From the IMG/VR virus record IMGVR_UViG_3300046786_000067, positions 1 through 41,003 of that record: a stretch of 41,003 nucleotides of DNA; one strand, written 5' to 3'. The notes under the pieces are model-generated. The model did no database searches and was not told the origin of the DNA. It saw only the letters and a program-made list of their open reading frames with translations. This document shows positions 9,804-17,442 of the stretch, one piece after another (position 1 is the stretch's first letter; the number at the start of each line of letters is the position of its first letter). Made by a program: the position numbers and the translations under genes. The stretch comes from a virus. Lineage: Duplodnaviria > Caudoviricetes.

Positions 9804-10235
9804 TCAGACTCCTATCTGTATCGTTACTGTACCAACTTCTGCATATAAAACCAAGTAGTTTGGCGTCAATACAGAATCAAAACCTCTTGCCCCACCAACA
9901 GGGTTCCAGCCCCACTGGTACACCCTACTACCGCCAGAAGGAAAACCAACTGCGTTTACAGACGTGCTTCCGGTCAACTCAATCTGTAAACCGGTCGTAC
10001 CGCCTTGGTAGTACGTTGTGTCAGGACGTGGATCGCGCAAGCCTTGTGGATCATCCACTGGATACATACCCAATTGCAACTGCGGCTGATCTGGATCCCA
10101 ACATGTACTGCAAACCAAGAGATTGTAGTTCTTGGTCTTGATAATTTCTTTGCGCAGCTCTTTCAGCTTAAACTGAAAGCCGCAGCGATCGCACTCCGAG
10201 ATCGCATTCTTGCCTGACGCAAACCGGTTTCCCAT
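9804..10235 (-). CDS. Zn-ribbon protein
   Basis: CDRC...CSTC followed by DPDQPQL...DPRPD. Confidence 0.7.
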   Translation of the reverse strand: MGNRFASGKNAISECDRCGFQFKLKELRKEIIKTKNYNLLVCSTCWDPDQPQLQLGMYPVDDPQGLRDPRPDTTYYQGGTTGLQIELTGSTSVNAVGFPSGGSRVYQWGWNPVGGARGFDSVLTPNYLVLYAEVGTVTIQIGV

Positions 10236-11183
10236 TTACGTACCGCTTCCAATGTACATCTGACGGGGAACAAAACGCACTGCCGCTTTCTCTTGGTCTT
10301 CACCTGCGGCGCGATCCCAAGCCTCGTCGTACTGTTGTTTCAGCACATCCAAACGGGCCAAACCTTCAGGAACTTTGAGCGCAATATAGTAGGCTAGGCC
10401 AGCGGCCAAGCAGGGCACAAAACGGAACGGCACATCCATTGTTTTTGTACCGCCACCAGCGTCTTGGATACGGCGCATGCGCCAGTACACAAACTGGTAT
10501 GTCTGGCCGGGGTTTGGTGTTGGCCACACAGTAATACTGTTCTTTTGAACCAAGCGCATGGCCGCACCAGTGGTATGTGCGGCTGCCGTTGTGCCATCCT
10601 GACCGCGTGTGCAGTTGTACAGGTACGCGGGATTTCCGTCAGCGGCTGGTGCGGTCTCGTTAAAACCAATCAACTCGCCATCAATTGTGATAAACCCAGC
10701 AGTGGGGATTCCGACAAGGGAAGTTACAGGAATTGTTGTGTCCGTAGCAGTAATGTCAGCTTGGACTGTTCCAGTCAACAAATTGGAGTTACCCGTCAAC
10801 CGCTGCACCCAAACCTGAATAGGACGGCCTTGGGTCAATTTATTTGGGATGGTGGCATACGTAGGCATGCTGATCCGCGTAATCGTCAGGTCGGCCTGAT
10901 TTGTGGCTACATTGGCGTTTGTTCGGATGACATGGTCAAGCAGGTCAACCGTATCGTCAGGGAGCGCGTAGGTTGGCTGGCCAGTCACAAGCGTGATGGT
11001 GTTCTGCTCGAACGTCCACATGTTCACGCCGCGATTTGCCCAGTCAGCAAATAAAAGATTCAATGATCGACGGGCCGTGCGCAAGTCATAGCCCGTGCGA
11101 AGTTCAGAACCCGCCCGTTCAAAAGCTTCCTCGACCATGTCGTTGAGATCGAGGTTAAACGAGGTAAGTCCTGAAGTCGTCAT
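10236..11183 (-). CDS. Head-tail connector/neck-like protein with inserted beta domain
   Basis: EEAFERAG...ARRSLNLL..W.NRG; central IDGELI...RGQDGTTAAAH module; position between head and tail genes. Confidence 0.6.
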   Translation of the reverse strand: MTTSGLTSFNLDLNDMVEEAFERAGSELRTGYDLRTARRSLNLLFADWANRGVNMWTFEQNTITLVTGQPTYALPDDTVDLLDHVIRTNANVATNQADLTITRISMPTYATIPNKLTQGRPIQVWVQRLTGNSNLLTGTVQADITATDTTIPVTSLVGIPTAGFITIDGELIGFNETAPAADGNPAYLYNCTRGQDGTTAAAHTTGAAMRLVQKNSITVWPTPNPGQTYQFVYWRMRRIQDAGGGTKTMDVPFRFVPCLAAGLAYYIALKVPEGLARLDVLKQQYDEAWDRAAGEDQEKAAVRFVPRQMYIGSGT

Positions 11184-11431
11184 TTTTTCTTCGCAGTCTT
11201 AGCAGAGTTTACGAACGCTTGAGCAGTTGGCGCACCTTTGCTACCAACTCGGCGCATTTTCTCGCCAGAGCCTTCAGCGATTCTTTTACGCTTTGCGTTG
11301 ATATTGTCATACAGTCCTACCTTTCCGCCAGCGGCGTATTGGGTAAAGTCAGTATCGTCACGCCGGGCTTTCTTGACGCCCTTGGGCATTTTAGAGGGGG
11401 AAATATCCCCCATGCCACGGCTGGCCATCAT
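11180..11431 (-). CDS. Small basic protein
   Basis: 83 aa; YAAGG then GLYDNINAKRKRI...KGAPT. Confidence 0.7.
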   Translation of the reverse strand: MMASRGMGDISPSKMPKGVKKARRDDTDFTQYAAGGKVGLYDNINAKRKRIAEGSGEKMRRVGSKGAPTAQAFVNSAKTAKKK

Positions 11432-11433
11432 GA

Positions 11434-11829
11434 TTACTTCTTGCCTTTAGACATGCCGCCACCGCACATGCCCAGAGGCTTGCTGCCCTTCATGGAAATC
11501 ATAGTGCCTTTGGTCTTGCCTTTTGTGGCAACGCCGTCTTTGCTAGGGGCGGCTGTACGCACTGTGCCCATTTTAGCTTTAGTAATGCCGTTGTTTTTTG
11601 TAGCCATGGTAGATCCACCTTCTTTAAAAAAAGCCATTTTCCCGTGATCGGTTTTAGGCTGGTTAACTTTCTGAAGATCGGCACGACCCCCAGACCTGAA
11701 CTTCTTACCTTTGTCTGCCTCAAGGAAATGCTCCCCAACGCTGGACTTCATACCAACCTTCTTAGCAAACGCAGGATTTTTGGCCACTGCTGCCATGAAG
11801 TTGTGTTGTTTTTTGCTAGTGCTAGGCAT
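11434..11829 (-). CDS. Small basic protein
   Basis: MPSTSKKQHNFMAAVA start; three x-x-x-GG motifs. Confidence 0.7.
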   Translation of the reverse strand: MPSTSKKQHNFMAAVAKNPAFAKKVGMKSSVGEHFLEADKGKKFRSGGRADLQKVNQPKTDHGKMAFFKEGGSTMATKNNGITKAKMGTVRTAAPSKDGVATKGKTKGTMISMKGSKPLGMCGGGMSKGKK

Positions 11830-11830
11830 G

Positions 11831-12019
11831 TCAAACCTTAATGAGCCAGCCTTTGCCGATCACAAAACCGACAACCAACATGCCAATCCAAATCAGCGCC
11901 TTCTCTACAACGGTCTTGCCGACTTTCTTGTAAAACTCGCCAGACATTTCTTCGATAGCCATCTTTGCCGCTTTACGGGCAATGGCTTCTTCGCGATCTG
12001 TTAATGTGATCTCAGTCAT
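11831..12019 (-). CDS. Small membrane protein (one C-terminal TM)
   Basis: Start reassigned to ATG 12019 (MTEITL); ALIWIGMLVVGFVIG helix. Confidence 0.65.
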   Translation of the reverse strand: MTEITLTDREEAIARKAAKMAIEEMSGEFYKKVGKTVVEKALIWIGMLVVGFVIGKGWLIKV

Positions 12020-12020
12020 A

Positions 12021-12281
12021 TCAATACATTTTGCACTTAGTTTTACCGCGTGATGCAATGCCGTCAGCACGTGCAGAGGCGGTTTTGCCGCCTGCTTTGT
12101 ACACTGCGCCGGGAGGTAGTTTACCTGTAGGCTTTTGCATCAAAGGGTTTCCACCAACGGAAGGTCTTGCCACTGGAGCCTTAGATGTAGGCATAGGTGC
12201 GGGTCTAGCCGCTGGAGCCTTAGCTGTGGGCATTGGGGCTGCGTTCGATGCTGGTGTTTGGATTGGGGGTCGTAATGCCAT
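12021..12281 (-). CDS. Small Pro/Ala-rich basic protein
   Basis: APMPT..KAP.ARP tandem repeat; YKAGG; RADGIASRGKTK. Confidence 0.7.
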   Translation of the reverse strand: MALRPPIQTPASNAAPMPTAKAPAARPAPMPTSKAPVARPSVGGNPLMQKPTGKLPPGAVYKAGGKTASARADGIASRGKTKCKMY

Positions 12282-12290
12282 GATGTTTCC

Positions 12291-12545
12291 TTAACAGTTC
12301 CAAGCCCGAAGGCTCTTGTTGATGCGGGAGTTCGGGTCTTTCTTGGCCTTCTCTCCGGTGAGTTTCTTCTTCATGCCTTCCATACGGGCGCAAAAAGAGT
12401 CGCGGCGTTTGCCGCCCTCTGGTTGAGGGCGCTTCAATCCGGGCTTCCCGGGATTGGCTTTGTTGTACGAGGCCCGTCCCTTGGCATTCAAGCCGCCCTT
12501 CTCGGACTTGCCCTCTTTGCGTTGCCATGCTGGAGACTTAGCCAT
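12291..12545 (-). CDS. Conserved small basic phage protein (DUF6321-like)
   Basis: GGLNAKGR...RRDSFCARM...DPNSRINKSLRAWNC. Confidence 0.65.
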   Translation of the reverse strand: MAKSPAWQRKEGKSEKGGLNAKGRASYNKANPGKPGLKRPQPEGGKRRDSFCARMEGMKKKLTGEKAKKDPNSRINKSLRAWNC

Positions 12546-13053
12546 AAAAAATACTCACCGCAGTCACATTAGTCATGTAGACGTACACACCGTTGCGGGC
12601 CAATATGCCTTCACCGGGGTATAGCAACGAGTTGTTATACGTATCGTTTGCCGCAACATCAAAGGTCAACAACCAATTACCTGTCGAGTAGACAGCGGCG
12701 GGTGAGCCTGTAATTGTTCCAGAGTTAATGTCAGTGATTGTGAAGCTATTTGCACTTGCAGTGGCAATGGTGTAGTTGCCGGGCGTAGCTGAGCCGCCTG
12801 TACCAACATCAAAATCAATACCAATTGTTTGACCCGCTAACAAACCATGCGCTGTTTTTGAAACAGTGATAGTTGTGCCAGAACGACCGTAAGTAACACC
12901 GCTTGACACGGGTGCTGTAGTGGTGTCAAAAGCAACAAACTGCCCGGCACTGGATGAACCGACAAAAGCAACTGCCTTAACGCGAGTTCTTTGATTCACC
13001 ATTAAACCAGACTGATTTAGGTGCGCCTGTTTTACGTCATATTGCATCGTCAT
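12538..13053 (-). CDS. Virion/decoration-like protein
   Basis: ATG 13053 with AAAGGAG RBS; C-terminal PGEGIL..NGVY...FYG. Confidence 0.65.
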   Translation of the reverse strand: MTMQYDVKQAHLNQSGLMVNQRTRVKAVAFVGSSSAGQFVAFDTTTAPVSSGVTYGRSGTTITVSKTAHGLLAGQTIGIDFDVGTGGSATPGNYTIATASANSFTITDINSGTITGSPAAVYSTGNWLLTFDVAANDTYNNSLLYPGEGILARNGVYVYMTNVTAVSIFYG

Positions 13054-13067
13054 AATCAATCTCCTTT

Positions 13068-13087
13068 AAAACAGGGGCCGAAGCCCC
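13068..13087 (-). terminator. UUCG hairpin, weak intrinsic terminator or attenuator
   Basis: Minus strand GGGGC-TTCG-GCCCC followed by TGTTTT. Confidence 0.5.
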
Positions 13088-13096
13088 GTGGGTTGA

Positions 13097-13636
13097 TTAG
13101 GAATCAGCGAAAGGTGTAGCCACAGTACCAGAGCCAAGCACAACGCCGGTCACCAAATACTTGTTAGCTGCGACTGCAACGATTTGAATCCATGTGCCAG
13201 CCACACCACCTGTTGTAGTGCCGTTCAAGTTAATGAAGTCGTTGCTTGCAGCGGCCGTGAAACCAACCATAGCGCCAGAAGTGTCGGTGTCAACAGACAA
13301 CAAAGAACCGACAAATTTGTCAGTGCCGTTTGTGCCAATCTTGACAGAGCTTGTAGAGATGGTTGTGGGCACCCAGATGGTGTAAGTCACACCTTCGTTG
13401 TTCAGTGTGTTGGGGTCTTGGCCGGGGCCAGATGTAACAGGGTTAGCCGAAACATTGATTGCTGGCAGTGTGATTACAACGTTTGCAGCCAAAGAGCCGC
13501 CAACAGTAATGAAACGACCTGCGTAAGCGTCGGGGCTTAAAGTAACGCTTGATGTTACTTCCACAGTAGTGGCGGGGCCTTGTTGGTAGAAACCGCCCAA
13601 TGAACGTACTGGGCCTTGGAATGTAGTGCGTGCCAT
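13097..13636 (-). CDS. Capsid decoration/minor head protein
   Basis: MARTTFQGPVRS...ATPFADS; follows capsid gene; AAGGA RBS. Confidence 0.6.
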   Translation of the reverse strand: MARTTFQGPVRSLGGFYQQGPATTVEVTSSVTLSPDAYAGRFITVGGSLAANVVITLPAINVSANPVTSGPGQDPNTLNNEGVTYTIWVPTTISTSSVKIGTNGTDKFVGSLLSVDTDTSGAMVGFTAAASNDFINLNGTTTGGVAGTWIQIVAVAANKYLVTGVVLGSGTVATPFADS

Positions 13637-13648
13637 GTTTTTTTCCTT

Positions 13649-13717
13649 ACATGCAAGTTAGGGCGTATCAATCTGCATGTCGTCAGCCGGGACTGTTTGA
13701 TACACCGGAAAGCCCGG
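13649..13717 (-). ncRNA. Structured RNA, two hairpins with complementary loops (candidate Mu-gpT-DE-type motif)
   Basis: CCGGGCU/AGUCCCGG and ACAUGCA/UGCAUGU stems; loops GGUGUAUCAA and UUGAUACGCC pair over 10 nt. Confidence 0.6.
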
Positions 13718-13726
13718 ATTGAAAGC

Positions 13727-13755
13727 AATATACACCAAATAAAAAACAGATGCAA
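13727..13755 (-). promoter_or_regulatory. Sigma70-like promoter
   Basis: TTGCAT-N17-TATATT immediately downstream of the capsid terminator. Confidence 0.6.
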
Positions 13756-13760
13756 CAAAT

Positions 13761-13788
13761 AAAAAAGCCACCCGAAGGTGGCTTTTTT
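13761..13788 (-). terminator. Intrinsic terminator after major capsid gene (bidirectional shape)
   Basis: AAAAAAGCCACC-CGAA-GGTGGCTTTTTT perfect stem with A/T tracts on both sides. Confidence 0.9.
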
Positions 13789-13822
13789 ACGGCCGGGAAC
13801 CCCCAACCCTTTTACAGACGCA

Positions 13823-14752
13823 TTAAGCGCCTGCTGAGCCCCACATACCGAGAGGATCAGACCAGCCGAAGCTATAACGCTCACGGGCTTTGTAACGAAC
13901 GTTACCTGTGTCGAAGTCGCCGTCCATGCTGTTTTGCAAGGCGATACGCTCGAAGTGCTTCATACCGTTTGGCACGTCGGTAATCAAATACCAGCCGTTT
14001 GTGTCGGTCAAGAAGTGGTTAACAGTGTAACCTTCAGGGATTGCGCCCATCTGCTTCAACGCGTTGATGTCGTTGTCAGCAGTAGAAACACGCAGTTCAG
14101 TGTCAAGCAAACGCTTGGCAACGAACATCAGTGATGGGGGAACAATCATCTTACGTGGCTTGGCGGCAATCAACAGACCGCGCTCATCGGTCCAGCCAGC
14201 GATTTGAATCACGGCGTTTTCCAATGATGTTTCGTTCAAGTCAACACCAGTTGTTGGGCTGTTGTAGTTCACGCCACCGTTAACGAGTGGGTGACCAACG
14301 CGAGTGCTGGAACTGTTGTTACCGAACAAAGTAACGCCGTCACCACCCAAGTATGAACCGTTGAAACCGTTGTTGATAACGGAAGCGGCTTTAACTTGCT
14401 TGGTGTAAGCCATAGCACGGGCCAAAGACTTTGTGTAACGAGCAGACAAGCTGTCGTACAAGTTATCTTCCACAGCTTCTTCCGTGATGGAGAAACCAAG
14501 GGCGATAGTCTCGTGGTTGTAACGTGCTGTGAAGGCTTCTTGCGCATTGTCATAAGCAATGGCTGAACCCTCGTTCTTGACTGGAGCAGAACCAAAGCCA
14601 GCCAGCTTTGTCTCTTCTTCGAAGCTACGCTCAGATTTCTCTGTTTCGTAGATTTCTTTGTGCTCTTCGCCGTAGCGAGCGTATTCCATACCGAACAAAG
14701 CGTTCAGGCCGGGGAGCAACTCTTTAAGTAGTTGTGCGCGTGAAATTGCCAT
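13823..14752 (-). CDS. Major capsid protein (Mu gpT-like, HK97 fold)
   Basis: MAISRAQLLKELLPGLNALFG...DGDFDTGNVRYKARERYSFGWSD; AAGGAG RBS; followed by terminator. Confidence 0.9.
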   Translation of the reverse strand: MAISRAQLLKELLPGLNALFGMEYARYGEEHKEIYETEKSERSFEEETKLAGFGSAPVKNEGSAIAYDNAQEAFTARYNHETIALGFSITEEAVEDNLYDSLSARYTKSLARAMAYTKQVKAASVINNGFNGSYLGGDGVTLFGNNSSSTRVGHPLVNGGVNYNSPTTGVDLNETSLENAVIQIAGWTDERGLLIAAKPRKMIVPPSLMFVAKRLLDTELRVSTADNDINALKQMGAIPEGYTVNHFLTDTNGWYLITDVPNGMKHFERIALQNSMDGDFDTGNVRYKARERYSFGWSDPLGMWGSAGA

Positions 14753-14765
14753 GGTTAGTTACTCC

Positions 14766-15386
14766 TTATGCGACGCCAGTAGCGTTGCTGTATGAATGTG
14801 CGCCGGGATTGAACTTGACCAAGATGTCAGTGTAGGCGTCGCCCACAGTTGAGAATCCGGGAACGTCAGCAAAACCGACAACGCGGAAGGCATAGCCAGA
14901 TGTGGCAGCAGCAGAAGTGCTAACAGCCGTATTGGAGTTGCCAGTGGTTGTTGAACCTGTAGAAGTGCTCTGAACAGCGTTCAAGAACACGTTCATGCCC
15001 AAAGTGGTTTGTGCCATTGAACCGGCAGCTTGCACTTGGAACACAGCACGGTCGTCATCAATAACGTAAGCAGTAATGGGCGAGCCGTTCACAGAAGCTG
15101 TGTTGGCAGGGTAGTACTGCGAGTACATTGTTTGACCTTGAGCATTCACAAAGGAGCAGCCGACGAAAACGCCGATTGTGCCTGCTGGGAATGGTGTGCT
15201 GTTATCGCCATTTGTGGTGACGATGTTAATGTAACCAGACGTATTGATTGCAACGATCGAACCATTGAAAATGTTCGTGTTGTAACCCGCTGGGTCAATC
15301 AAGAATGAACGGGTGCTACCAGCGTATGGTAGGCCGCCCAACTCGTTTACGGCACGGAAGCCGTAGGGAGAAGCGGTAGATGCCAT
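14766..15386 (-). CDS. Capsid cement/decoration protein
   Basis: PYGFR...IFNGSIV...GVFVGC...DD...FQVQA; directly upstream of MCP. Confidence 0.65.
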   Translation of the reverse strand: MASTASPYGFRAVNELGGLPYAGSTRSFLIDPAGYNTNIFNGSIVAINTSGYINIVTTNGDNSTPFPAGTIGVFVGCSFVNAQGQTMYSQYYPANTASVNGSPITAYVIDDDRAVFQVQAAGSMAQTTLGMNVFLNAVQSTSTGSTTTGNSNTAVSTSAAATSGYAFRVVGFADVPGFSTVGDAYTDILVKFNPGAHSYSNATGVA

Positions 15387-15402
15387 TTAAGGACTCCTAA
15401 GT

Positions 15403-15858
15403 TTATTTAGAACCAGAACCAAACCCACCACGCGTTGATGTCGACTTGCGTTCGGCAAACAACGGCATGCGCGGATCGTTTTGTCGCATGAAGCTATTGT
15501 CAACTGAGTCCATCTGGTTTTGAGCTTGTTGGTCAAAGTACTCATCCCGGGCACGAGCTTTCTCGGCAGACATCTTGCAAAGCATGAGGCCGCCAATTTC
15601 CACGTTACCAGTCTTTTCGTTGCCCACCATCATCAATTCCGGATGGTCTTCTGCCTTCACCGGCTCCCAACCTTCACGCATTTTGCGCGATACGTTGGTC
15701 ACTTCCGCTTGTCCCAGAACGTGCGTCGCTACCCAGCGATACACATAGCCCGGTTCAGGCGTTGGATCAGGCAAGTTTGTCGGCGGTACGTATACAGCAC
15801 GGACAGATTTTTCGCGTGTCGTCAGATCACGATTTTTGCGGTCTTGAATTTCAGCCAT
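15403..15858 (-). CDS. Conserved head-module protein
   Basis: YRWV...REGWEPV...IGGLMLCK; between scaffold and cement genes. Confidence 0.7.
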   Translation of the reverse strand: MAEIQDRKNRDLTTREKSVRAVYVPPTNLPDPTPEPGYVYRWVATHVLGQAEVTNVSRKMREGWEPVKAEDHPELMMVGNEKTGNVEIGGLMLCKMSAEKARARDEYFDQQAQNQMDSVDNSFMRQNDPRMPLFAERKSTSTRGGFGSGSK

Positions 15859-15859
15859 T

Positions 15860-16810
15860 TCAGTTCTCCAGTTTTGCTACTTGTGCAGCGTATTGCTGCG
15901 GGGTTAAACCTAATTTCTTCGCTAACGCCACTTGCGTATTCGTCAGCTTGATCTTGCCTGCGCTCGTAGAACGAGACACAGAGGCAACCACTGTTGTAGG
16001 TCGCTTTTGAACCTCACCAGACCTAGGCTTATCTTCGCTCCGACCAAAAAGATCAGGAAACGTCGACTTCATGCGAGCATCAATTTGCTCGAAGTATTCA
16101 GCAGAGCGGGGATCCACTCCGTTTGTGACTAGCTTTTGGTGCAGCCCTAGTGCATAGCTGGTGTATTCTTCAAACCCTTGAGCACCGAACCACTGGTTTT
16201 TTGCCTGCCAGCGCAGAGTTTTTTCGTCGGGCTCAGCCTTTGCGGGCTGGGTTTGAGGAGTTTGTACCTCAAATTTTTCTTCCTGTAAAGGGGCAGGTCG
16301 ATAATTTTTTGTTTGTTCAACACGAATCTTTGCATCCATCACAGCTTCTTGCGCGGCAATGATCGCATCCGTGTCAAAGGACTCTTGCGCTTCTTTGAGT
16401 TTGCGGCGGGCCATCTCTAGCTCGCTCTCGGCCTTTGACTTGGCCCCCTCAATGATCGCTTCTTGTCCTGTGTAGACGTTTTGTTTGAGGCGTTTGTTCT
16501 CCTCAATCAACTGCTGTGCTAGACGCTCCAGCTCTTGCTTCTCACGCATCGTGGCTTCTTTGACACGGCGCTCGTCATGACGGGCGTGGGTCAGCTCTTT
16601 GATACGTGTTTTGACTTTGTCAGAGTAAGACTCAATTTCGTCATCGGTTGGATCAGCAATTTCCTTGTCCAAAGGCTTGCGGCCTCGGTCACGTTCAGGA
16701 GTGTCGTCCTCAATTTCGATTTCTACTTCACCGTCGCCTTCGATTTCAAACTCGACTTCGGCAGTCTTTTTGTCTTCGATTTCGTCGGGGAACTTGTATG
16801 GTTCAGCCAT
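15860..16810 (-). CDS. Capsid scaffolding protein
   Basis: Acidic N-terminus, long coiled coil, C-terminal AKKLGLTPQQYA helix. Confidence 0.7.
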   Translation of the reverse strand: MAEPYKFPDEIEDKKTAEVEFEIEGDGEVEIEIEDDTPERDRGRKPLDKEIADPTDDEIESYSDKVKTRIKELTHARHDERRVKEATMREKQELERLAQQLIEENKRLKQNVYTGQEAIIEGAKSKAESELEMARRKLKEAQESFDTDAIIAAQEAVMDAKIRVEQTKNYRPAPLQEEKFEVQTPQTQPAKAEPDEKTLRWQAKNQWFGAQGFEEYTSYALGLHQKLVTNGVDPRSAEYFEQIDARMKSTFPDLFGRSEDKPRSGEVQKRPTTVVASVSRSTSAGKIKLTNTQVALAKKLGLTPQQYAAQVAKLEN

Positions 16811-16820
16811 TTCTTTCCTT

Positions 16821-17255
16821 TCAAGCGCGGGTCAAGCCGCGAGGGTCTAGCACAACAGCATCAACTTGGTCATCGTTGATGAGACGGAACTCCTTGCCAA
16901 AGATCTTGAATCTTGTGCCGGAGTAAGTACGAACGAGCACGAAGTCACCTTCTTTACACCACGCTCCGTTGGGGAACTTGGCAGTGTCTTTGTACGCGTC
17001 GGGGCCTACGCGCAATACGAACAACACCGTGGTGGCGTGCTCTTCTTGGCGCATGGTGGCTGTATCTCTCACGAGATCCAGTGTTGTTCCTGCAATCTTT
17101 TGTTCGACTTCAGGTACGACACAGAGCAGCTTCCAACCTGTGGGGGTCGGCAGTGCACCTGCTTTAGTTTCATCGTCAGCATCCGCCTCGGGAGTTTCCG
17201 TTGGTTGGATGTGGGGTGGCAAGCTAATGCCGGGAGGCAAAATGATTTCACTCAT
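16821..17255 (-). CDS. GroES/Cpn10-like co-chaperonin
   Basis: PTGWKLL...VLRVGPDAY...WCKEGDFVL...YSGTRF...FRLINDDQVDAVV; start reassigned to ATG 17255. Confidence 0.8.
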   Translation of the reverse strand: MSEIILPPGISLPPHIQPTETPEADADDETKAGALPTPTGWKLLCVVPEVEQKIAGTTLDLVRDTATMRQEEHATTVLFVLRVGPDAYKDTAKFPNGAWCKEGDFVLVRTYSGTRFKIFGKEFRLINDDQVDAVVLDPRGLTRA

Positions 17256-17442
17256 TTGATTTTTCGACTTTCTCAAGCAGGTCAAGGAGATAACGCTCTG
17301 CGAGAGCTAGACCCGAAATAACACCGCAGAGTTTTTGGTATTCCTCAAAGGAACGACAGATACCACCAGCCAAGTCGTCGGCGTAGTTGTTCATGTCTTT
17401 ACGTATTTGGTCGCGCAATACGTGTGCGAAGTCTTGAATCAT
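17248..17442 (-). CDS. Small helical protein after portal
   Basis: FEEYQKLCGVISGL; coupled to portal. Confidence 0.7.
   Translation of the reverse strand: MIQDFAHVLRDQIRKDMNNYADDLAGGICRSFEEYQKLCGVISGLALAERYLLDLLEKVEKSNE

Noticed and set aside
13645-13720. Hammerhead ribozyme, suggested by CUGACGA between two stems
   Set aside because: The conserved GAAA after stem II is missing (UAAG instead) and I could not build stem III with a cleavage triplet.
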